Notes under the pieces: generated by a model
Databases searched by the model: none
Told to the model about the DNA's origin: nothing
Seen by the model: only the letters and a program-made list of their open reading frames with translations
NCBI GenBank assembly: GCA_000708835.1
Contig: DF236968.1
Span: forward strand, 186,001 to 250,000
Origin: Klebsormidium nitens
Taxonomy: Eukaryota > Plantae > Klebsormidiophyceae
Direction: 5' to 3'
DNA length: 64,000 nucleotides
Position numbers and translations under genes: made by a program
In this document: piece by piece, positions 1-10,715 of the stretch
Layout: every line of letters starts with the position of its first letter
Numbering within the stretch: position 1 is the stretch's first letter

Positions 1-549
1 AAGGCTTCCTCCCGAATCCCTCCTCTCAGAGACCTCTGTGACTTGGTACGTCTCCAGAGAAACCATCTCGATGAATGCCAGTCACAGCTCGCACGAGTCC
101 GGCCGCCATTCCTGGCCGCAATTTCAAGAGTGCTCAGTCTTCTCTTTGATGAGAGAGATACAATCAAAGAGATGAGTTCGTAGCCTAGACGATTTGGAGG
201 GGACCTTATGAACGATATTTGTGTTATGGTGTTGTTGCCATAAACAGGTTGAGCTGGAATCGAATCGGAGCCTCTGTGAAGAAAGTTGTTGCCTGTTGTT
301 GATTGATTCACAGATCTGCGCGTGTTGAGTAGCAGTATAAGCTCGTCCAAACCAGAGTAGCTGGTGGTAGATCTATATTTTCCCTTCGATCCTTGCCCTT
401 GTGTTTGGTAGGTTGACTGAGCGACAACCCCTTTATTGGCGAGCTAGATCCGGACCTGACACAGCAGAGGGAGCACACTGGAAGATTTTGGACAGCTCCG
501 CTTCCTTTTGTATATAAATCTCGTAGTAGAAAGAGGTGCCTAAGCAAGC

Positions 550-3500
550 ATGCAGAGCTGCGCGGCCCAGGCCGCTGGAGCGGGTACTGCCGCTTTCAGG
601 TTCGCTGCTGGCGATCCGAGTGCGAGAACGACAGATGCCGCATCCTCCTCCTATGATGCAAGCAGAAGTTACGGTAACCGCTCCTTACTCAGGGCAGACC
701 CTCTGGAGCAACTTAGAGGGCGGCAGGTAGGCGCTGGCAGAGTCCCGCAGGTACCTAGGAAGGCATGCGTGCAGGCTATCCTGCGGGTGGATAGAGAGGC
801 TGCTGACAGAGACAGAGAGGATGGCAGCGAGAAGGGGGCGCAGCGAAAGAGGAGCAGCTTCAGTCTGCAAGCCTCTTCCTCTTTGGCAATGCCGAGCCTG
901 GATTTCCCCAGGTCTAGAAGCACCAGTCCAGTCAGGCAAAAGACGGCGCAGGAAAGGGTTGACGATGCTGTACGGAAACAGGCGGCTTTGATGGCGGACA
1001 TACGGATACCGCCTGGGGCTGAAATGGACGGCGAGTTGCTGGAGACAGCATATGAGAGGTCTGGAGAGGTTTGCGCCGAGTACGCAAAGACGTTCTACCT
1101 TGGTGAGTGCGAATGCTTGTGACAGGGCTGTCTGGAATGCGTTGTTCTTACGTCATGCATTCATTTCATTGTTGTTGTGGCGTAGCAACAGATCTGCAGC
1201 CATCGGTTCGCAAAACAGAGCTAGTATCATTGCTTGCATGGCAGACCCAGCATCTGCATGAAAGTGTCTGTGTTGTGCTGCCCTCAGGCTGGTACTGTCA
1301 GGTCATGCAGAAAGGAGCTGCGCTTGGGGTTGTGTTCCTATTGCCGAGCCTGCATTGCAAGCAAGCAACTTTTGTTCTGCTGTCATTGGAGCATGAGTGA
1401 GCGCACATTGACAGGTATGACATGGTTGTGCAGGCACCAAACTCATGACTCCTGAGAGGCAACGCGCAATCTGGGCCATCTATGGTAAGTTCAAATTACA
1501 AGCTGCATTTATCAATCGTTGGATCCGACTGATCAAACACAGGCTCTGTTGCTGTGCTTTGTTAGTTTGAGCGTTGCTTGCATTACCGTGTCGACTTGGG
1601 ATGTGTTTAAGTTGCACATGAGGAGCAGCGCGGGTTGTCTCAAGGTTTCACAGGACGGTTAGTGAGTTGCGTCAAAGAGGTCCACGGGCAGGAATTGGAG
1701 TCCAGGACAACCTTTTGGCAGAGGCTACCAGCTTTTTGGGGAATTCCACATTCGGGGACTGGTTCAAACCATTAGCTTTTCATAATCTTTGTATGCAAAT
1801 GTGGGATTGGACTCGTATCTTTTTGCAATGAGAGCTGGTGCAGAAATACGCGCGGCTTTGTCTACCTGCTATTTTGGACTATACAGGCATTCTGAAGTTC
1901 CAGCATTGCATAGAATACGAGGCAGGTGTTATCAAGCTCTTCGGAAAGGAGATGCGTGTTTGACTGGTCAAGAAATTGTCAGTCGTTGCAGTGCAATGTG
2001 GCCCTGCAGTGGCCTCCGTCGTCAGTTTTGACAATCGCAGATGCTGGTCGGGCCAAAAACTGCTGTCCGACTCTTTTAGTTTTCTCAAATTCCGGAGCAC
2101 TCCCAGGACTCCCAGGACCGTTCTCTGGACGTAACTGCTGGATTAAGAATGTTGTTGGTTGCCATCGTTTGACATCCGTTTTGCTGCTTGTCTCACTGGG
2201 AGTCCTCAAACCTGCTCATTGAAAGTTCAAACCGGCTCATTGAAAGTCAAATCAGAAAGCCGGATTGCCTCAATCTTGGTCATTCAAGTGCAGTGTGGTT
2301 AATACCTGTTGTGTCTCTTTACCTCTTGGTTGTGGGATGCTAAGAAAACCCCGGGAAGTGGACTTCTTTTGAGCGGGAAGCTGGATTTGCGCTGCAGTCT
2401 GGATAGTGTGCCCAGCATTGGAGGCCTGCGTCTGCCAGTTCACCTTAGCGCTCGTGTGCATCACTTTGTTAGGTTTGATTGATTCACAAGGCCTCGATCA
2501 ATATCTGACAGCCCAGGCTTTTACTTGTCAGAATGTGGCCTCATGGAAAGGAGTGTAACAAAACCAAGATCAAATCAAAACTGGACTGTTGGACTCCTAT
2601 CCTGCCGACATGGTTTATGTTCAGAGTCGGTCTTTTCACAGCAAGAAGGAAAGAGAGCTCTTTCCTTCCTTGTATTATTGCTGCGGCCCCTTTGGATGGC
2701 CTCAACTCGTCTCAAAAACTTCAAAGCTTCTGAAGCTGACACTGTAAAGTGACCTGCCACAAATGAAAGCATGGTACGTTGGTACATCTTCTTCTGGTCT
2801 GCCTTGTTTCTGCAGTTTTGTGCGGCTTTGATGGTTCATCAACAAATTCCGCTTTAAATACTTTTATGCGCGGACAGTGGCATGAGAGACTAGTCTCTGG
2901 AGCAAGGACTTAACCAAATCTCAGATCTTTCAGACCGAATGTCACTTCTTCTTCCTATTCGCAGTGTGGTGCTGCCGCATCGAATGAGCTGGTTCTCGGA
3001 CCCAATGCAACCACATCGAAAGGATTTCAAATTGAAGCAAGAATGCAACAGAAGTGTTCGTCCATGTCAGAGCTGACGTCATTCTCGGTGATCTTTGTAG
3101 TTTGGTGCCGTCGCACCGACGAGCTGGTTGATGGCCCCAATGCGTCTCACATCACGCCCGCCGCGCTGGACCGGTGGGAGCAGCGCCTGGAGGACGTGTT
3201 TGCCGGGAAGCCGTTTGACATGCTGGACGCTGCGCTCACAGACACCGTCCGAAAGTTTCCTGTTCACATCCAGGTGGGTTTAGCTAATTGCAGGCCAAGG
3301 TTCTCTTGACCGAGATGGGTTAGTGTGTGGGAAACTTCTTCAGAACTTGGCTGTCTGCATTATGGGGTTGATGCAGGTTGACATTGAAGCCACGATGGGT
3401 TTGCCATATGCCACGCTGTCCTCAGTTTTTGGTTGGAATCGTTTCAGTGGGGATTACGCTGGGGAGTTGCAATGGGTTCCCTCACTAGCACTGTACGTTG

Positions 3501-5704
3501 GCAGGCAAAATGTGATAGAAAATGACTGATGGCATGCATATGGAGCTTGATCAAGTGCTGGGAACAACCCTCTCTGTACTGCCCTCGCTCCTCCTAATCT
3601 GAAAAGCAGCAAAGCACAAGAGAAAAAGCAGCAACCACAAGAGCTAAGATTTGTGTCATTTTGTGCCGGTTCCACAACATTATAAAGACACATGTGTGCA
3701 CATGGACGGAGGCTTTCTCTTTTTTGCTTATCCCTTAGAGAGCCCTCAGTATTCGCACCGAGCAGAAACGGGTCCCACATATGGTCTCCTTTCCGTCGGC
3801 ATTGCACGGCTCAATATTTCGTCAAGAGGGTCGAATCCTCAAGGTGAACCTGCGGCGCCCTCTCCTGGCCATATGGGCAACAGGGTTAAGGTTAACCCAG
3901 AACATCCTGGAACTACCCCCTGAGACTTGGAACCTTTCCCTGCAGCCGTTCCGCGACATGATCGACGGCATGCGCATGGACCTGTACAAGAAGCGCTACG
4001 AGACGTTTGAGGAGCTGTACCTCTACTGCTACAATGTTGCCGGCACCGTCGGCCTCATGAGCACGCCCGTGATGGGCATTGCGCCCGAGTACGCCGAAGA
4101 TGAGGACGCCGTTCGCGAAATCTATGATGACGCACTGGCGCTCGGGATTGCCAACCAGCTGACCAACATCCTGCGGGATGTGGGCGAAGAGTGAGCCGTC
4201 TGGACAACTGCTCTTGCTCAAGTGTCACCCTCGTGTTCCTTTTCTCAGTTGTATGGCCGAAACGGAAGTGGAATGTGCGGGTATTTGGCGATTTCCTGGA
4301 TGAGCGTAAGAAGGAAGCAGTTGGAAGCTTGCTCGTTGTGTGTCGGAACCCGTTGGGCAGCAGTAATTTCTCGATTATGGCTCCATTTGGACAGACAAGT
4401 GAGTTGGGTCAGCGTAGAACTTGGCCAGAACGACACTTGAGTTTCTGATGAACATTCTTGAAAAGGTCCGCAGAACGACTTAGAAACGGATGCCTCAAAG
4501 ACAGCGCTCTCCTGCATCGAATATAAGAACAATCGTTGAAACGCACTTTGTGGCTCTCCAGATACATTTTGGGTCGGGCAGTCGCAAGCAGTGCACACGA
4601 ATCTGCTGCAGCCCCACCAATTTGACGCCGTATTATATCAAAGGCTGACTTTGTCATCCCAAGAGACAGGGCTTTTTTCCCTCTCATCACTGCAATGAAC
4701 CAAACCCCTACTGACGTCATTCACCCCCGCCCCTTGCAGTGCGCGCCGCGGCCGCATCTACCTCCCGCTTGAGGAGCTGAGCCGCTTTGGCGTGACGGAG
4801 CAGGACATCTTCGACGGTGTCGTGACCGACAGGTGGCGTTCGTTCATGAGGTGGCAGCTCGCGCGCGCCCGCGACTACTTCGCCAAGGCGGAGAGGGGCG
4901 TCATGAAGCTGGACAGGCAGAGCCGGTGGCCGGTAAGCTCTTCAATCTTCTTGAAAACGAAAACTCCTCACAGGCAGCTCATCAGGAAGGAGTCTGCAGA
5001 TTGGCACACCGTGTTGGAGCGGGGTAAGCTCTTCAGTGGTTTAGTACCTAGCCTGCGGGCGCATGATGACGTGAAGAACAGGACCTACAGGCTTGCGACG
5101 GATCGAAAGGGAATTGTCGAGCAGAGTCGGTTGGTTAGGGGTTTCGTCGTTTTTTCGCGACGTTCGTTGTCAGTGACAATCTAAGCAAGTCTTTGGTAGG
5201 GGAAGCGCTTGTGCACTTGGCTTACGGAGTCATGACTTGGTATTTGAACAACATGTTCTAGAATCGGGAGTTCTTCAGGTCCAATAAAGTGATCTGGAGA
5301 TAGTTTAGTCGCTTTGTATGAGCGAGTGTCCAGTGATTAAGGAGAATTTGACCCCATTGTCAGCCTGATTGTTGTAGGAAGGTTTGAGTTCAAGACTAAT
5401 GGTAATGTGTTGACTGCTTGATTCTGCTCGTCTTCTGCGCATTGACATAACTTGTTGTTGTTGCCTGTTGGCCCAAGTATCGGGCATTGACAGCTCATTC
5501 CGTCTGCAGGTGTATGCTTCCTTGGTGCTCTACCGCCAGATCCTCGATTCCATCGAGAAGAATGATTTCGACAACTTCCATAAACGGGCTTATGTGCCTA
5601 AGTTCAAGAAGCTACTTTCGCTCCCAGAAGCTTTTGTGAGGTCCCAGTTGCCACACTCTTCTCACGGACTCAAAGTGGCGTCATCCAGCAAGGTAGCGGA
5701 ATAG
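550..5704 (+). CDS. PSY: Phytoene synthase, plastid-targeted (6 exons, ~469 aa)
   Basis: Exons 550-1102, 1434-1484, 3101-3273, 3946-4190, 4740-4932, 5510-5704, all GT-AG and in phase. Translation gives [66 protein letters not shown] and [23 protein letters not shown], with both DxxxD motifs. Confidence 0.97.
2955..3020 (+). repeat. Degenerate copy of the PSY exon-3 acceptor and 5' end
   Basis: gcag|TGTGGTGCTGCCGCATCGAATGAGCTGGTTCTCGGACCCAATGC compared with tag|TTTGGTGCCGTCGCACCGACGAGCTGGTTGATGGCCCCAATGC, 136 bp apart. Confidence 0.8.
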
Positions 5705-8307
5705 CAAGAGGATACTTTTGAAGAGGAGGACGCTCACATTGAGATCAACTTGAAGCACAAAGTGCCACCTTTGCTTTATGGTCCAGTGACATTTATAAAG
5801 AATAATATGCATAAAGAGGTGAGGTACGAAGCACCGGCCATCTTGAGCGAAAGTTGGAAATTTTGTAGGATGCCGCAAGCCAAGTATGTGCAAGCAACAG
5901 CTCCTACGTTAAGGTTTCCAGTGGATACCTGGAATGAGCCAAGTCATCATTAACCATGCAAGTGGTTATTGCATACCTGTCTCCAATCCGTCTGGCTCTC
6001 AATGCAGTACGTTGAAATCGCAGTGCATCAAGTTGAGTTTCACGTCACTCAGACGTGACTGCGTTCTCATTGTCTATCTACAATTGACCATCTTGCTAAT
6101 TCGTATTCTGCTGCATGTCATGGCCCGTGGTTGAGTCACACACTGAGAGTCTATGGCCAAATCACTGCATCCCAGTTAAGGGCACTTCATTTAGGAACAT
6201 GCTCGAGTCGATCATGTGCCAGGCAGTTAAGCTTGGTGATTCATGGCGGTATATATGATTTTTAAGCTTAGAACTTGCAGTGCGAGGTCGACTCGATCAC
6301 ACATCATTGGCCATCCGCCGAGGACAGTGCAATTTAATGAAAATCTCAATTGTGGATTGGTAAGTGTGCGCTTTCATGGAGCTGCGACTCCCACAGAGCA
6401 CCAACTGATCGCTTATACGGCTGTGATGGTTACGCATCAAAGCAAGCGGGTATGCAATTGAACCGACTCCATTCACAGCTCTTGCTAGGCCTGCAATTCA
6501 TGTCTATAGAAGGCTAAGCAACACATCATTCACAGGATTGATAACATCCAAATCTGGGGACCTTACATGAGACATCACCTCAACTCTGGTTTTGCATAAC
6601 CTTCAAAAGTTGGCTATTATCTTTCACTGCAACTTTTGAGTACGAAGAGCAATAACCAGCAATTCAACATAGCATGCACATATGTCAAAACTCAGTTCTG
6701 GCGGAGCCTGTTCGTAAGTAGCTAAATAGTGAGTTTGTTAGTAATTGAATTTGCAATTGAGCTCAAAGGACAACAAAAGGCGCGGCCCTCTACTCAGAGC
6801 ACCTTCGAACGGGCTAGAAATATACACAACAAGTCCATGTGAGGTGCTCCTGTCTTACATCTAATATGCTCTCAAAGGCAACAAGTTGCATTCAAGAAAA
6901 ACAAGAAAACTACTTAAGATCGTCTTTGGGACAAGCAAGTCACAGGCTCGTCGCTTTCATGCCCCCATAATCTCTACACCGCTGAGGACCCGATTTAACT
7001 CCATTGAAGGCAAACCGCAGCAGCATTCAACGCTCCAGCCATGTTCTTGTATGCAACGGCCCATGTGTAGAATTCTGCAAAATGAAAATTGCACAAGTTA
7101 TGTCCAGGTAGAGAGAATCACAACCAGAATTTGTACATTCACCATCTTTAACACCAGAATTGATTGGAAAACTTTTGAGTTCTGCAGAAAAGAACATCTC
7201 GCTTCAACAAACAACGTTCGACAACGTACAAGATATGCCTTAGGACACATCTCAGGAGCCATAGACAGGGCTTCTCTTCCTTCCCTTATCTTCCCTCCCA
7301 AGAGACAGCCTCAATAGACCCCAAATCATACCCTCCTCTCCTCCTTCGCGTCTCCCCACCACTCCCAAGGCCTCACCCAAGGCTCCCGCCCCCCTCCATC
7401 TCAAGCAGCACATCAGTACTGTTTCAGAGCAACTGCTCATTTGCTTCCAGCATCAGCAAGTCATTTCAGTGGATGAAGCATGAGAATCAATGCAAACAGG
7501 CCTTCCTGCTCTGCAGATTGTTGGCATCCCATACAGCCGGGAGCAAGAGAGGGCAATGATTGTCTTTCTCAAGCCAAGCACGCATGTAGCAGAGGGGAAA
7601 TAGCAGATAGCATCTCATCTGTTTCTGAGCAATCAAAAAGTGCAAAACTGCTTGCTGCAAAGACATACAATACCATACCAATCGGGAGAAGATTCCTTCT
7701 AGGGGTCACTAAACAATACCTTGCATAAGGTGATAGGTAGGAAGGTTAGAAAACCAAGATTGAGAAAGCAGCAATACCCCTAAAAAACGGAGCGATGATG
7801 AGTGAAGCAAACCAAAAGCGTACAATAGTGTCTTGATGTGGTGCTTGTGGACATGCTCATCGTCAAGTCCCGTGCTTCAGAGCGAACAAGTATTAAATCT
7901 GTTTCTAAATGATTATATGAGAGCTTCTGACAGTTGCATCTTGCGGACAAGCGGTCAACGAAGAGAGGAAGAAATAACCTTCATAGCAAATGAAAAACAT
8001 GCACTACCCAATATTCTGGTTTCTCATCACATACTTGAGATGGACAGCCATAGAGTAAAGTTCATCTCAGCCTTCCATTGACCAAAGATAACTGACCAAT
8101 CTGACTGATGTCTCCAAATGCAAACAATATGACCTGCAAATCTTGGCAATCAGCGTCTCCAGACCACTGTTCACCTGAAAAGAACCCCATGCATATCCAC
8201 AGGACGAACTGAAACATCCAATACCCTATCAGCAAGCGCCCAGCGTATCAGGCAATTTCAAAGAAAATTAGCAGTACATGCAGAGTTCAAACCTCTCACC
8301 TCTGAGC

Positions 8308-8745
8308 CTAAGCACAGTCGCAATCGCCGCTGCACGTGCAGTTCTCCCCGCAGCTGCAGTTCGGCTTGTTGCACCCACGGCCGCCGCTTGATGCAGATGC
8401 CTGGCCCTTGGTCCCCTTGCACGAAGCGCAGGAGCAACTGTCGCCGCAGCTGCAGGGGGCGGTGCAGGTGCACCCCGCCCCACAGCAGGTCTTGGCTGCG
8501 CCGCCCTCAGCGCCTGTCACCTTACTCCCCCCGCAATCGGAGCACTGGCAGCTCTCCCCACAGGAGCAGCCGTTCTTGCAGGTGCAGCCATCGGTGCAGC
8601 ACTTAGCAGACGACTTGGACATTTCTTTGCACTGGTAGCAGTTGCAGGTGTCCCCGCAGTCGCACGTGCGTACGGTGGAGCACTTGCAGGACTCCCCGCA
8701 GCAGGTGGAGAGCTTTCCAGTTGGGGACTGAGTCACGGGGGCCAT
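8308..8745 (-). CDS. Multi-domain metallothionein-like protein (145 aa, 34 Cys)
   Basis: Uninterrupted ORF with three CC-x3-CxC-x3/5-CxC-x3-CxC-x2-C modules and a terminal 7-Cys module, Gly/Ser/Lys/Ala linkers, no His and one aromatic residue. Candidate UTR introns at 8759-8914 and 8175-8299. Confidence 0.88.
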   Translation of the reverse strand: MAPVTQSPTGKLSTCCGESCKCSTVRTCDCGDTCNCYQCKEMSKSSAKCCTDGCTCKNGCSCGESCQCSDCGGSKVTGAEGGAAKTCCGAGCTCTAPCSCGDSCSCASCKGTKGQASASSGGRGCNKPNCSCGENCTCSGDCDCA

Positions 8746-10715
8746 CGTATCCTTGCGGCTGTCAAGAAATTGACAACAATGTGAAAGCTTTTCTTGACAA
8801 CAATGTGAAAGCAGCAGCGACGAAAAGTTGGAGAAGCAAGCGTTGAGCTATCGATTGCTGAAGAAAACTTCGCTGGCAAGGATCTGGAATTTCGAATGCT
8901 CAGCAAGAACTTACAAATTCAGAAACTCGGAATCAGCAACTCAGGAATCGGCACTGCCAAAGCATTCACTGATTCAGCACAGGGAGGGGGAGCTGACACT
9001 TCTGACAGGTTGAAGTTCTGTGACCTGTCGGACAGGCTGGCCAGTGTCAGCGCGGCTGCAGCGGCGTGCCCACTACCCAGGTATCAGTTGGTAGGTACGG
9101 TACTAGGAATTTGGTTCAAGCGTGATTGTGCACTGATTCATTTGAAAATTCCTGTCCTGCATTCGCGAAGCCGCCGGTTCGTGAAAACGGTAGTATCGGA
9201 CGGTCATCCGATCACCAGCCCAGGTCATCGTCCACGCTGGCGCACGCGCCGGTCCCCGAGAGCCAGAGCCACTCGGCACCTTTCTCCCGAGTGCCGGTTT
9301 AGCAAAACCTAGATCATCCGAGGGGCCTCAATTTAGAGTTCAGCTAGCCTCAAGGTATCAAGGGCCCACCGGGCATGTCCCGGGGACCGGCCAGGCTTAC
9401 GTGGTGGGCTTGAACTTTGGACCGGCCTCCAGGTGGATCAACCTTCCCCGGGGGATAATCGTCACTCGGGATATCGTCACTCAGGGGATTGGAATATGGA
9501 ACTTCGAAAGTTGTTTACCGGTATGCATCGGACGGACCAAAGCTTCTTTGTGCAAACATGCACGGCTGACATTGTTACGTACTGACTTTTGTGCAATCTT
9601 CGTGAATCCAAAATCACCTCCTATTTCTTTACGGTCCCCAGTGCCCACTGCCCACTACCCTAGGTAATACCTACTGACCTAGCGAGTAGGTAATAATACC
9701 TACATGTTAACATTGTACAGAAGAGAGTCAAGACTCAAGCCTACAGAAGCCTAGCTCAGAGCTTTCGTCATCTGCCTAGCTTCCTAGGTACCTACCTTAG
9801 TGTGCACACCGTAGTTTGGCCGCTGAATCATACGTGATAGCATAACCGCTTCACCTGATTGACAGCTTGGATTAGATCGTTTTGTTGTGACTGCGCTCTG
9901 TTGAACAGATTCGATGGACGCGACTATCCTGCCAGCATTTCGCCACCATTGGCATTATGGCATGGAATATTATCAATGAAATTGAACTCAGAACTTTATG
10001 TACTTGCACGACCTCAAAAGCAGTTTCAATTCTTTAACAAGAAATTCCCACGTATATACTAGTATATATTATATCACAGCAGCCATGCAGCCGCTGAGCA
10101 TGTTTACCGGGCTGATTGCGCCTCTATGTAGATACGTTCCTACACGTACCCTCGCAAGCAGTGACCTTAAGACTCGGATCGAGTGAAAAGCCTTGTAATG
10201 CCATGTTGATGATGCAGTGCACGCCCCCCTTCGGTTGATTTGTTGCTTCCGAGCCCTGATTTAAACGCCTTGTTTCACAGTTCGGTATTTACCGCGAGTC
10301 ATTGAGACTGAGCATCGTCAGAACGTGACTGTTAATTCAAGCTTTCAAACTTGGAACTATCACTCTAAGACCTGACTTGACTTGAAGGGCAAGGCCGTTC
10401 GCATGGTCCGCGTACACATCATCAATCTTGCTACCACTCGCTCACAAAGGAAGTGCTAGTAATCAGAAAAATATTCTGCCGACATGCAAAGATTAACGAT
10501 CGATGCTTGTGGTCATGCAATTGAAAGGATACCTCGACGGGGCTCTTATCAAGCTCGACTGACATGAACCCGCTCATGAAGTTCCACGAGGTCGCAAGGT
10601 AGGCTTTGTCGAGCATGAACTCATCAGACATCGGCTCATTTAAACTGTGTGTTTCATCACGTCCTTTTTCTGCCGAGAAGCAGTTCACAAAGCAGGTCGA
10701 TTATTGAGGCAACAC

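Noticed and set aside
511-518. TATATAAA as the PSY TATA box
   Set aside because: It is only ~31 nt before the ATG, leaving essentially no 5' UTR, and cannot be supported without TSS data.
8336-8638. Plus-strand Gln/Pro-rich repetitive ORF
   Set aside because: Antisense shadow of the TGC-rich metallothionein codons.
9803-9809. TGCACAC metal-response-element core upstream of the metallothionein
   Set aside because: A single 7-mer about 1 kb away is expected by chance, and MRE/MTF-1 logic is animal-specific.
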